Source of the DNA: Candidatus Latescibacterota bacterium
GTDB taxonomy: Bacteria > Latescibacterota > UBA2968 > GCA-2709665
Direction of reading: 5' to 3'
Assembly: GCA_963662665.2 (NCBI GenBank)
Contig: CAXXJS010000033.1
Coordinates: forward strand, 1 to 16,379
Length of the DNA stretch: 16,379 nucleotides
Shown: piece by piece, positions 1-12,600 of the stretch
Position numbering within the stretch: position 1 is the stretch's first letter
Layout of the letters: every line of letters starts with the position of its first letter
Notes under the pieces: model-generated
Database searches by the model: none
Seen by the model: the letters and a program-made list of their open reading frames with translations, nothing else
What the model was told of the DNA's origin: nothing
Position numbers and translations under genes: made by a program

Positions 1-690
1 ACAACTCGTCTCCATTTTCCGCATCATGCACTAACACCGTCACCGCAAAGGCTATTCCGTCCTTGCGCTCCTGCGTCTCTGACGATATGCTTACCTGCGC
101 AACTTTCCAGCTGTTCCAGTCGTTTCCGTCAAACACCACCTTCTGCGGCGCCACCGATGCCACCGAACCATCCGACATCCTCAGGGTAACCGTAACCTTC
201 TTGACCGGCTTCGCACTCAGGCGCACGCTCAACTCCTGCTCCGGGCTGGTGCGGCTGAATACCGGCAAAAGAGTGCTTTCTATCCGCCCGGCCTCCACTA
301 CCGTCAGGGCAAAAACCTGGCTCGCACTCAACTGCGGCGTTCCGCTGTCGGCCACATCCACGCTTATCTGATAGGTCGCCGCAGTTATTCCGGACGCACC
401 GGAACCTATCGTGAACTTCCTGTCCGACCCTGCAAATACCAGCCACGTGGGCAAGTCTCCTCCATCTGCCAGGGACGCAGAATAGGTGTGACTCTGCCCC
501 GCATCCTCGTCTGTGGCCGGGTCAAACGTCATCTCGAATTCATGCCCGATTATCGCCCGGCGAGACCCTATCTCGCCGAACTCCGGAACCTCGTTTATGT
601 CTGCTATGCTTATCTTCACTTCTCCCTTGACGCTGCCTCCTTCCGGATCTTCGACTTTCACCGTCAATGTGTATTCACGCGTACCGCCTT
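1..690 (-). CDS. Continuation of the same adhesin downstream of the frameshift (3' partial)
   Basis: Sequence 690->1 aligns with the other units and reads ...GGTREYTLTVKVEDPEGGSVKGEVKISIADINEVPEFGEIG...LPTWLVF...FDGNDWNSW...VHDAENGDEL, with no stop before the window edge. Confidence 0.85.
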
Positions 691-3600
691 CCGTAGTCGA
701 AATTCGTATCCACCTTCAGGGTAACCTGACCATCGCTTGTACCGATCCCGAACTGGCTGCTGACCGGCTCGATCCCGTACTTCAGGCTCGCATCTTCATT
801 GTCCTCATCAGTAGCCGACACCGGCGTACCTATCTTCGAGCCGGCAACTGTCTGTTCATCGCCTGCATTCTCGTTGAGCACTATCTCATCCGTTGTTATC
901 TCCGGCGACTTGTTGCCCGGGCCTTCGTACGTACCTGCAACTTGTACCGCCTCCGTGTGCATGTACAACTCGTCTCCAGTTTCCGCATCATGCACGGACA
1001 CCATCACCGCAAAGGCTATTCCGTCCTTGCGCTCCTGCGTCTCTGACGATATGCTTACCTGCGCAACTTTCCAGCTGTTCCAGTCGTTTCCGTCAAACAC
1101 CACCTTCAGTGGCGCCACCGATGCCACCGAACCGTCCGACATCCTCAAGGTAACCGTAACCTCCTTGTCGGGCCGGACGCTCAGGCGCACACTCAACTCC
1201 TGCTGCGGGCTGGTGCGGCTGAACACCGGCAGGAGAGTGCTTTCTATCCGCCCGGCCTCTACAACCGTCAGGGCAAAAACCTGGCTCGCACTCAACTGCG
1301 GCGTTCCGCTGTCGGCCACATCCACGCTTATCTGATAGGTCGCCGCAGTTATTCCGGACGCACCGGAACCTATCGTGAACTTCCTGTCCGACCCTGCAAA
1401 TACCAGCCACGTGGGCAAGTCTCCTCCATCTGCCAAGGACGCAGAATAGGTGTGACTCTGCCCCGCATCCTCGTCTGTCGCTGGGTCAAACTCCATCTCG
1501 AATTCATGCCCGATTATCGCCCGCCGAGACCCTATCTCACCCAACTCCGGTGCCTCGTTTATGTCTTCTATCTCTATCCGCACTTCTCCATTTACTATTC
1601 CTCCTTCCTCATCATCGACTTTCACCGTCAATCTGTATTCACGCGGACCTTTCTCATAATTGAAGTTTACTGCTTTCTTCAATGTGATTTTCCCTTCCCT
1701 TGAATCTATTCCGAACAACTCACTTGTTGGATTGAAACTATAAATCCAACTACCATTCTGATCATCCTCATCGGAAACCTGCAAAGGTTCTCCTATTGCT
1801 GTTCCTGCCTGACTTTCCATTGTCCCTGCATTTTCCCTTATCTTTATCGTAACAACAATCATGTTTAGATCAAGAATTTCTGTTTTCCGCTTCACAAGAA
1901 TTTTCGGCGGCTTGTTGCCCGGGCCTTTATATCTACCCACAACTTCTGCCGCATCCGTATGTATATACAACTCATCTCCGTCCTCCGCATTATGCACGCT
2001 TGCAGTAACCACAAAGGAAACATCATATTTGCTCTCCTGCGTCTCTGACGATATGCTTACCTGCGCAACTTTCCAGCTGTTCCAGTCGTTTCCGTCAAAC
2101 ACCACCTTCTGCGGCGCCACCGATGCCACCGAACCATCCGACATCGACAGGGTAACCGTAACCTTCTTGACCGGCTTCGCACTCAGGCGCACACTCAACT
2201 CCTGCTCCGGGCCGGCGCGGTTGAATACCGGCAAGAGAGTGCTTTCTATCCGCCCGGCCTCCACTACCGTCAGGGCAAAAACCTGGCTCGCACTCAACTG
2301 CGGGCTGCCGTCGTCGGCCACATCCACGCTTATCTGATAGGTCGCCGCAGTTATTCCGGACGCACCGGAACCTATCGTGAACTTCCTGTCCGACCCTGCA
2401 AATAAAAGCCACGTGGGCAAGTCTCCTCCATCTGCCAGGGACGCAGAGTAGGTGTGACTCTGCCCCGCATCCTCGTCTGTCGCCGAGTCAAACGTCATCT
2501 CGAATTCATGCCCGATTATCGCCCGGCGAGACCCTATCTCGCCGAACTCCGGAACCTCGTTTATGTTTGCTATGCTTATCTTCACTTCTCCCTTGACGCT
2601 GCCTCCACCCGGATCTTCGACCTTCACCGTCAATGTGTATTCACGCGGACCGCCTTCGTAGTCGAAATTCGTATCCACCTTCAGGCTAATCTGGCCATCG
2701 CTTGTCCCGATCCCGAACTGGCTGCTGACCGGCTCGATCCCGTACTTCAGGCTCGCATCTTCATTGTCTGCATCGGTTGCGGCCACCTTTCCTATACTGG
2801 TTCCTTCCGTTGTCCGGGCATCACCTGCATTCTCGTTGAGCACTATCTCATCCGTTGTTATCTCCGGCAACTTGTTGCCCGGGCCTTCGTACGTACCTGC
2901 TACTTGTACCGCCTCCGTATGCATGTACAACTCGTCTCCATTTTCCGCATCATGCACTGACACCGTCACCGCAAAGGCTATTCCATCCTTGCTCTCCTGC
3001 GTCTCTGACGATATGCTTACCTGCGCAACTTTCCAGCTGTTCCAGTCGTTTCCGTCAAACACCACCTTCAGTGGCGCCACCGATGCCACCGAACCGTCCG
3101 ACATCCTCAAGGCAACCGTAACCTCCTTGTCGGGCCGGACGCTCAGGCGCACACTCAACTCCTGCTGCGGGCTGGTGCGGCTGAACACCGGCAGGAGAGT
3201 GCTTTCTATCCGCCCGGCCTCTACAACCGTCAGGGCAAAAACCTGGCTCGCACTCAACTGCGGCGTTCCGCTGTCGGCCACATCCACGCTTATCTGATAG
3301 GTCGCCGCAGTTATTCCGGACGCACCGGAACCTATCGTGAATTTCCTGTCCGACCCTGCAAATACAAGCCACGTGGGCAAGTCTTCTCCATCTGCCAGGG
3401 ACGCAGAGTAGGTGTGGCTCTGCCCCGCATCCTCGTCTGTCGCCGAGTCAAACGTCATCTCGAATTCATGCCCGATTATCGCCCGCCGGGACCCTATCTC
3501 GCCGAGCTCCGGAACCTCGTTTATGTCTGCTATGCTTATCTTCACTTCTCCCTTGACGCTGCCTCCTTCCGGATCTTCGACCTTCACCGTCAATGTGTAT

Positions 3601-6600
3601 TCACGCGGGCCGCCTTCGTAGTTGAAGTTTACTGCTGCCTTCAAGGTGATCTGGCCATCGCTTGTCCCGATCCCGAACTGGCTGCTGACCGGCTCCAGCC
3701 CGTACTTCAGGCTCGTATCTTCATTGTCTGCATCGGTCGCAACTACTTTCCCTATACTGGTTCCTTCCGTTGTCCGGGCATCGCCTGCATTCTCGTTGAG
3801 CACTATCTCATCCGTTGTTATCTCCGGCAACTTGTTGCCCGGGCCTTCGTACGTACCTGCAACTTGTACCGCCTCCGTATGCATGTACAACTCGTCTCCA
3901 TTTTCCGCATCATGCACGGACACCGTCACCGCAAAGGCTATTCCGTCCTTGCGCTCCTGCGTCTCTGACGATATGCTTACCTGCGCAACTTTCCAGCTGT
4001 TCCAGTCGTTTCCGTCAAACACCACCTTCTGCGGCGCCACCGATGCTACCGAACCATCCGACATCCTCAGGGTAACCGTAACCTCCTTGTCGGGCCGGAC
4101 GCTCAGGCGCACACTCAACTCCTGCTCCGGGCCGGCGCGGCTGAACACCGGCAGGAGAGTGCTTTCTATCCGCCCGGCCTCCACCACCGTCAGGGCAAAA
4201 ACCCGGCTCGCACTCAACGGCGGCGTTCCGCTGTCGGCCACATCCACGCTTATCTGATAGGTCGCCGCAGTTATTCCGGACGCATCGGAACCTATCGTGA
4301 ACTTCCTGTCCGACCCTGCAAATACCAGCCACGTGGGCAGGTCTCCTCCATCTGCCAGGGACGCAGAGTAGGTGTGGCTCTGACCCGTATCCTCGTCTGT
4401 GGCCGGGGCAAACGTCATCTCGAATTCATGCCCGATTATCGCCCGACGGGACCCTATCTCGCCGAGCTCCGGTGCCTCGTTTATGTCTGCTATGCTTATC
4501 TTCACTTCTCCCTTGACGCTGCCTCCTTCCGGATCTTCGACCTTCACCGTCAATGTGTATTCACGCGTACCGCCTTCGTAGTCGAAATTCGTATCCACCT
4601 TTAGGCTAATCTGGCCATCGTCAGTCGAAATCCCGAACGTGCTGTCCGCCGGCTCGAACGTGTACTTCAGGCTCGCATCTTCATTGTCTGCATCGGTTGC
4701 CGATACCGGCGTACCTATCTTCGAGCCGGCAACTGTCTGTTCATCGCCTGCATTCTCGTTGAGCACTATCTCATCCGTTGTTATCTCCGGCAACTTGTTG
4801 CCCGGGCCTTCGTACGTACCTGCAACTTGTACCGCCTCCGTATGCATGTACAACTCGTCTCCATTTTCCGCATCATGCACGGACACCGTCACCGCAAAGG
4901 CTATTCCGTCCTTGCTCTCCTGCGTCTCTGACGATATGCTTACCTGCGCAACTTTCCAGCTGTTCCAGTCGTTTCCGTCAAACACCACCTTCAGTGGCGC
5001 CACCGATGCCACCGAACCATCCGACATCCTCAAGGTAACCGTAACCTCTTTGTCGGGCCGGACGCTCAGGCGCACACTCAACTCCTGCTCCGGGCCGGCG
5101 CGGTTGAATACCGGCAGGAGACTACTTTCTATCCGCCCGGCCTCCACTACCGTCAGGGCAAAAACCTGGCTCGCACTCAACTGCGGGCTGCCGTCGTCGG
5201 CCACATCCACGTTTATCTGATAGGTCGCCGCAGTTATTCCGGACGCACCGGAACCTATCGTGAACTTCCTGTCCGACCCTGCAAATACCAGCCACGTGGG
5301 CAAGTCTCCTCCATCTGTCAGGGACGCAGAGTAGGTGTGGCTCTGGCCCGCATCCTCGTCTGTGGCCGGGGCAAACGTCATCTCGAATTCATGCCCGATT
5401 ATCGCCCGCCGGGACCCTATCTCGCCGAGCTCCGGTGCCTCGTTTATGTCTGCTATGCTTACCTTCACTTCTCCCTTGACGCTGCCTCCTTCCGGATCTT
5501 CGACCTTCACCGTCAATGTGTATTCACGCGGACCGCCTTCGTAGTCGAAATTCGTATCCACCTTCAGGGTGATCTGGCCATCGCTTGTACCGATCCCGAA
5601 CTGGCTGCTGACCGGCTCGACCCCGTACTTCAGGCTCGCATCTTCATTGTCCTCATCAGTAGCCGACACCGGCGTACCTATCTTCGAGCCGGCAACTGTC
5701 TGTTCATCACCTGCATTCTCGTTGAGCACTATCTCATCCGTTGTTATCTCCGGCAACTTGTTGCCCGGGCCTTCGTACGTACCTGCTACTTGTACCGCCT
5801 CCGTATGCATGTACAACTCGTCTCCATTTTCGGCATCATGCACGGACACCGTCACCGCAAAGGCTATTCCGTCCTTGCGCTCCTGCGTCTCTGACGATAT
5901 GCTTACCTGCGCAACTTTCCAGCTGTTCCAGTCGTTTCCGTCAAACACCACCTTCTGCGGTGCCACCGATGCTACCGAACCATCCGACATCCTCAGGGTA
6001 ACCGTAACCTCCTTGTCGGGCCGGACGCTCAGGCGCACACTCAACTCCTGCTCCGGGCCGGCGCGGCTGAATACCGGCAGGAGAGTGCTTTCTATCCGCC
6101 CGGCCTCCACTACCGTCAGGGCAAAAACCTGGCTCGCACTCAACTGCGGGCTGCCGTCGTCGGCCACATCCACGTTTATCTGATAGGTCGCCGCAGTTAT
6201 TCCGGACGCATCGGAACCTATCGTGAACTTCCTGTCCGACCCTGCAAATACCAGCCACGTGGGCAAGTCTCCTCCATCTGTCAGGGACGCAGAGTAGGTG
6301 TGGCTCTGGCCCGCATCCTCGTCTGTGGCCGGGGCAAACGTCATCTCGAATTCATGCCCGATTATCGCCCGCCGGGACCCTATCTCGCCGAGCTCCGGTG
6401 CCTCGTTTATGTCTGCTATGCTTACCTTCACTTCTCCCTTGACGCTGCCTCCTTCCGGATCTTCGACCTTCACCGTCAATGTGTATTCACGCGGACCGCC
6501 TTCGTAGTCGAAATTCGTATCCACCTTCAGGGTGATCTGGCCATCGCTTGTACCGATCCCGAACTGGCTGCTGACCGGCTCGACCCCGTACTTCAGGCTC

Positions 6601-9600
6601 GCATCTTCATTGTCCTCATCAGTAGCCGACACCGGCGTACCTATCTTCGAGCCGGCAACTGTCTGTTCATCACCTGCATTCTCGTTGAGCACTATCTCAT
6701 CCGTTGTTATCTCCGGCAACTTGTTGCCCGGGCCTTCGTACGTACCTGCAACTTGTACCGCCTCCGTATGCATGTACAACTCGTCTCCATTTTCCGCATC
6801 ATGCACGGACACCGTCACCGCAAAGGCTATTCCGTCCTTGCGCTCCTGCGTCTCTGACGATATGCTTACCTGCGCAACTTTCCAACTGTTCCAGTCGTTT
6901 CCGTCAAACACCACCTTCTGCGGCGCCACCGATGCTACCGAACCATCCGACATCCTCAGGGTAACCGTAACCTCCTTGTCGGGCCGGACGCTCAGGCGCA
7001 CACTCAACTCCTGCTCCGGGCTGGTGCGGCTGAACACCGGCAGGAGATTTCTTTCTATCCGCCCGGCCTCCACCACCGTCAGGGCAAAAACCCGGCTCGC
7101 ACTCAACGGCGGCATTCCGCTGTCGGCCACATCCACGCTTATCTGATAGGTCGCCGCAGTTATTCCGGACGCACCGGAACCTATCGTGAACTTCCTGGCC
7201 GACCCTGCAAATACCAGCCACGTGGGCAGGTCTCCTCCATCTGCCAGGGACGCAGAGTAGGTGTGACTCTGCCCCGCATCCTCGTCTGTCGCCGAGTCAA
7301 ACGTCATCTCGAATTCATGCCCGATTATCGCCCGACGGGACCCTATCTCGCCGAGCTCCGGTGCCTCGTTTATGTCTGCTATGCTTACCTTCACTTCTCC
7401 CTTGACGCTGCCTCCTTCCGGATCTTCGACCTTCACCGTCAATGTGTATTCACGCGTACCGCCTTCGTAGTCGAAATTCGTATCCACCTTTAGGCTAATC
7501 TGGCCATCGTCAGTCGAAATCCCGAACGTGCTGTCCGCCGGCTCGAACGTGTACTTCAGGCTCGCATCTTCATTGTCTGCATCGGTTGCCGATACCGGCG
7601 TACCTATCTTCGAGCCGGCAACTGTCTGTTCATCGCCTGCATTCTCGTTGAGCACTATCTCATCCGTTGTTATCTCCGGCAACTTGTTGCCCGGGCCTTC
7701 GTACGTACCTGCAACTTGTACCGCCTCCGTATGCATGTACAACTCGTCTCCATTTTCCGCATCATGCACGGACACCGTCACCGCAAAGGCTATTCCGTCC
7801 TTGCTCTCCTGCGTCTCTGACGATATGCTTACCTGCGCAACTTTCCAGCTGTTCCAGTCGTTTCCGTCAAACACCACCTTCAGTGGCGCCACCGATGCCA
7901 CCGAACCATCCGACATCCTCAAGGTAACCGTAACCTCTTTGTCGGGCCGGACGCTCAGGCGCACACTCAACTCCTGCTCCGGGCCGGCGCGGTTGAATAC
8001 CGGCAGGAGACTACTTTCTATCCGCCCGGCCTCCACTACCGTCAGGGCAAAAACCTGGCTCGCACTCAACTGCGGGCTGCCGTCGTCGGCCACATCCACG
8101 TTTATCTGATAGGTCGCCGCAGTTATTCCGGACGCACCGGAACCTATCGTGAACTTCCTGTCCGACCCTGCAAATACCAGCCACGTGGGCAAGTCTCCTC
8201 CATCTGTCAGGGACGCAGAGTAGGTGTGACTCTGGCCCGCATCCTCGTCTGTCGCCGGGGCAAACGTCATCTCGAATTCATGCCCGATTATCGCCCGCCG
8301 GGACCCTATCTCGCCGAGCTCCGGTGCCTCGTTTATGTCTGCTATGCTTACCTTCACTTCTCTCTTGACGCTGCCTCCTTCCGGATCTTCGACCTTCACC
8401 GTCAATGTGTATTCACGCGGACCGCCTTCGTAGTCGAAATTCGTATCCACCTTTAGGCTAATCTGGCCATCGTCAGTCGAAATCCCGAACGTGCTGTCCG
8501 CCGGCTCGAACGTGTACTTCAGGCTCGCATCTTCATTGTCTGCATCGGTTGCCGATACCGGCGTACCTATCTTCGAGCCGGCAACTGTCTGTTCATCGCC
8601 TGCATTCTCGTTGAGCACTATCTCATCCGTTGTTATCTCCGGCAACTTGTTGCCCGGGCCTTCGTACGTACCTGCAACTTGTACCGCCTCCGTATGCATG
8701 TACAACTCGTCTCCATTTTCCGCATCATGCACGGACACCGTCACCGCAAAGGCTATTCCATCCTTGCTCTCCTGCGTCTCTGACGATATGCTTACCTGCG
8801 CAACTTTCCAGCTGTTCCAGTCGTTTCCGTCAAACACCACCTTCAGCGGCGCCACCGATGCCACCGAACCATCCGACATCGACAGGGTAACCGTAACCTT
8901 CTTGACCGGCTTCGCACTCAGGCGCACACTCAACTCCTGCTCCGGGCCGGCGCGGTTGAATACCGGCAGGAGACTACTTTCTATCCGCCCGGCCTCCACT
9001 ACCGTCAGGGCAAAAACCTGGCTCGCACTCAACTGCGGCGTTCCGCTGTCGGCCACATCCACGCTTATCTGATAGGTCGCCGCAGTTATTCCGGACGCAT
9101 CGGAACCTATCGTGAACTTCCTGTCCGACCCTGCAAATACCAGCCACGTGGGCAGGTCTCCTCCATCTGCCAGGGACGCAGAGTAGGTGTGGCTCTGACC
9201 CGTATCCTCGTCTGTGGCCGGGGCAAACGTCATCTCGAATTCATGCCCGATTATCGCCCGCCGGGACCCTATCTCGCCGAGCTCCGGAACCTCGTTTATG
9301 TCTGCTATGCTTATCTTCACTTCTCCCTTGACGCTGCCTCCTTCCGGATCTTCGACCTTCACCGTCAATGTGTATTCACGCGGACCGCCTTCGTAGTCGA
9401 AATTCGTATCCACCTTCAGGGCAATCTGGCCATCGCTTGTACCGATCCCGAACTGGCTGCTGACCGGCTCCAGTAAGTACTTCAGGCTCGCATCTTCATT
9501 GTCTGCATCGGTTGCGGCCACCTTTCCTATACTGGTTCCTTCCGTTGTCCGGGCATCACCTGCATTCTCGTTGAGCACTATCTCATCCGTTGTTATCTCC

Positions 9601-12600
9601 GGCAACTTGTTGCCCGGGCCTTCGTACGTACCTGCAACTTGTACCGCCTCCGTATGCATGTACAACTCGTCTCCATTTTCCGCATCATGCACGGACACCG
9701 TCACCGCAAAGGCTATTCCGTCCTTGCTCTCCTGCGTCTCTGACGATATGCTTACCTGCGCAACTTTCCAGCTGTTCCAGTCGTTTCCGTCAAACACCAC
9801 CTTCTGCGGCGCCACCGATGCCACCGAACCATCCGATATCGACAGGGTAACCGTAACCTCCTTGTCGGGCCGGACGCTCAGGCGCACGCTCAACTCCTGC
9901 TCCGGGCCGGCGCGGTTGAATACCGGCAGGAGACTACTTTCTATCCGCCCGGCCTCCACTACCGTCAGGGCAAAAACCCGGCTCGCACTCAACTGCGGGC
10001 TGCCGTCGTCGGTCACCGAAACGCTTATCTGATAGGTGGCCGCAGTTATTCCGGACGCACCGGAACCTATCGTGAACTTCCTGGCCGACCCTGCAAATAC
10101 CAGCCACGTGGGCAAGTCTCCTCCATCTGCCAGGGACGCAGAGTAGGTGTGGCTCTGGCCCGTATCCTCGTCTGTCGCCGAATCAAACGTCATCTCGAAT
10201 TCATGCCCGATTATCGCCCGCCGGGACCCTATCTCGCCGAGCTCCGGAACCTCGTTTATGTCTGCTATGCTTATCTTCACTTCTCCCTTGACGCTGCCTC
10301 CATCCGGATCTTCGACCTTCACCGTCAATGTGTATTCACGCGTACCGCCTTCGTAGTCGAAATTCGTATCCACCTTCAGGCTAATCTGGCCATCGCTTGT
10401 ACCGATCCCGAACTGGCTGCTGACCGGCTCCAGTACGTACTTCAGGCTCGCATCTTCATTGTCTGCATCGGTTGCCGATACCGGCGTACCTATCTTCGAG
10501 CCGGCAACTGTCTGTTCATCGCCTGCATTCTCGTTGAGCACTATCTCATCCGTTGTTATCTCCGGCAACTTGTTGCCCGGGCCTTCGTACGTACCTGCAA
10601 CTTGTACCGCCTCCGTATGCATGTACAACTCGTCTCCATTTTCCGCATCATGCACGGACACCGTCACCGCAAAGGCTATTCCGTCCTTGCGCTCCTGCGT
10701 CTCTGACGATATGCTTACCTGCGCAACTTTCCAGCTGTTCCAGTCGTTTCCGTCAAACACCACCTTCTGCGGCGCCACCGATGCCACCGAACCATCCGAT
10801 ATCGACAGGGTAACCGTAACCTCCTTGTCGGGCCGGACGCTCAGGCGCACGCTCAACTCCTGCTCCGGGCCGGCGCGGCTGAATACCGGCAGGAGACTAC
10901 TTTCTATCCGCCCGGCCTCTACCACCGTCAGGGCAAAAACCTGGCTCGCATTCAACTGCGGCGTTCCGCTGTCGGCCACATCCACGCTTATCTGATAGGT
11001 CGCCGCAGTTATTCCGGACGCATCGGAACCTATCGTGAACTTCCTGTCCGACCCTGCAAATACCAGCCACGTGGGCAAGTCTCCTCCATCTGCCAGGGAC
11101 GCAGAATAGGTGTGACTCTGCCCCGCATCCTCGTCTGTCGCCGAGTCAAACGTCATCTCGAATTCATGCCCGATTATCGCCCGCCGGGACCCTATCTCGC
11201 CGAGCTCCGGTGCCTCGTTTATGTCTGCTATGCTTATCTTCACTTCTCCCTTGACGCTGCCTCCTTCCGGATCTTCGACCTTCACCGTCAATGTGTATTC
11301 ACGCGGGCCGCCTTCGTAGTTGAAGTTTACTGCTGCCTTCAAGGTGATCTGACCATCGCTTGTCCCGATCCCGAACTGGCTGCTGACCGGCTCCAGCCCG
11401 TACTTCAGGCTCGTATCTTCATTGTCTGCATCGGTCGCAACTACTTTCCCTATACTGGTTCCTTCCGTTGTCCGGGCATCACCTGCATTCTCGTTGAGCA
11501 CTATCTCATCCGTTGTTATCTCCGGCAACTTGTTGCCCGGGCCTTCGTATGTACCTGCAACTTGTACCACCTCCGTGTGCATGTACAACTCGTCTCCATT
11601 TTCCGCATCATGCACGGACACCGTCACCGCAAAGGCTATTCCATCCTTGCTCTCCTGCGTCTCTGACGATATGCTTACCTGCGCAACTTTCCAGCTGTTC
11701 CAGTCGTTTCCGTCAAACACCACTTTCTGCGGCGCCACCGATGCTACCGAACCATCCGACATCCTCAAGGTAACCGTAACCTCCTTGTCGGGCCGGACGC
11801 TCAGGCGCACACTCAACTCCTGCTCCAGGCCGGCGCGGCTGAATACCGGCAGGAGATTTCTTTCTATCCGCCCGGCCTCTACCACCGTCAGGGCAAAAAC
11901 CCGGCTCGCACTCAACTGCGGGGTGCCGTCGTCGGTCACCGAAACGCTTATCTGATAGGTCGCCGCTGTTATTCCGGACGCACCGGAACCTATCGTGAAC
12001 TTCCTGTCCGACCCTGCAAATACCAGCCACGTGGGCAAGTCTCCTCCATCTGCCAGGGACGCAGAGTAGGTGTGGCTCTGGCCCGTATCCTCGTCTGTGG
12101 CCGAATCAAACGTCATCTCGAATTCATGCCCGATTATCGCCCGCCGGGACCCTATCTCGCCGAGCTCCGGAACCTCGTTTATGTCTGCTATGCTTATCTT
12201 CACTTCTCCCTTGACGCTGCCTCCATCCGGATCTTCGACCTTCACCGTCAATGTGTATTCACGCGTACCGCCTTCGTAGTCGAAATTCGTATCCACCTTC
12301 AGGCTAATCTGGCCATCGCTTGTACCGATCCCGAACTGGCTGCTGACCGGCTCCAGTACGTACTTCAGGCTCGCATCTTCATTGTCTGCATCGGTCGCAA
12401 CTACTTTCCCTATACTGGTTCCTTCCGCTGTCTGGGCTTCACCTGCATTCTCGTTCACCCTGACTTCGGTCGTGGAAATACGGGGGGCGTTGTTCCCCGG
12501 GCCCTCATACCGGCCTGCCACTTCTACCGGGGCTGTTTGCAAATACAGCTCATCGCCCGATGCGGCTTCGTGTACCGCTACCGACACCACAAAATCCAGA

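Noticed and set aside
681-700. Slipped-strand phase variation or programmed ribosomal frameshift at the indel
   Set aside because: The run is only CC, and I saw no homopolymer, microsatellite or slippery heptamer at the site.
1565-2030. Insertion sequence, intron or intein as the cause of the AT-rich segment
   Set aside because: The segment is homologous and collinear with the normal module (net +39 bp) and in frame. I saw no terminal inverted repeats, target duplication, transposase or intein motifs.
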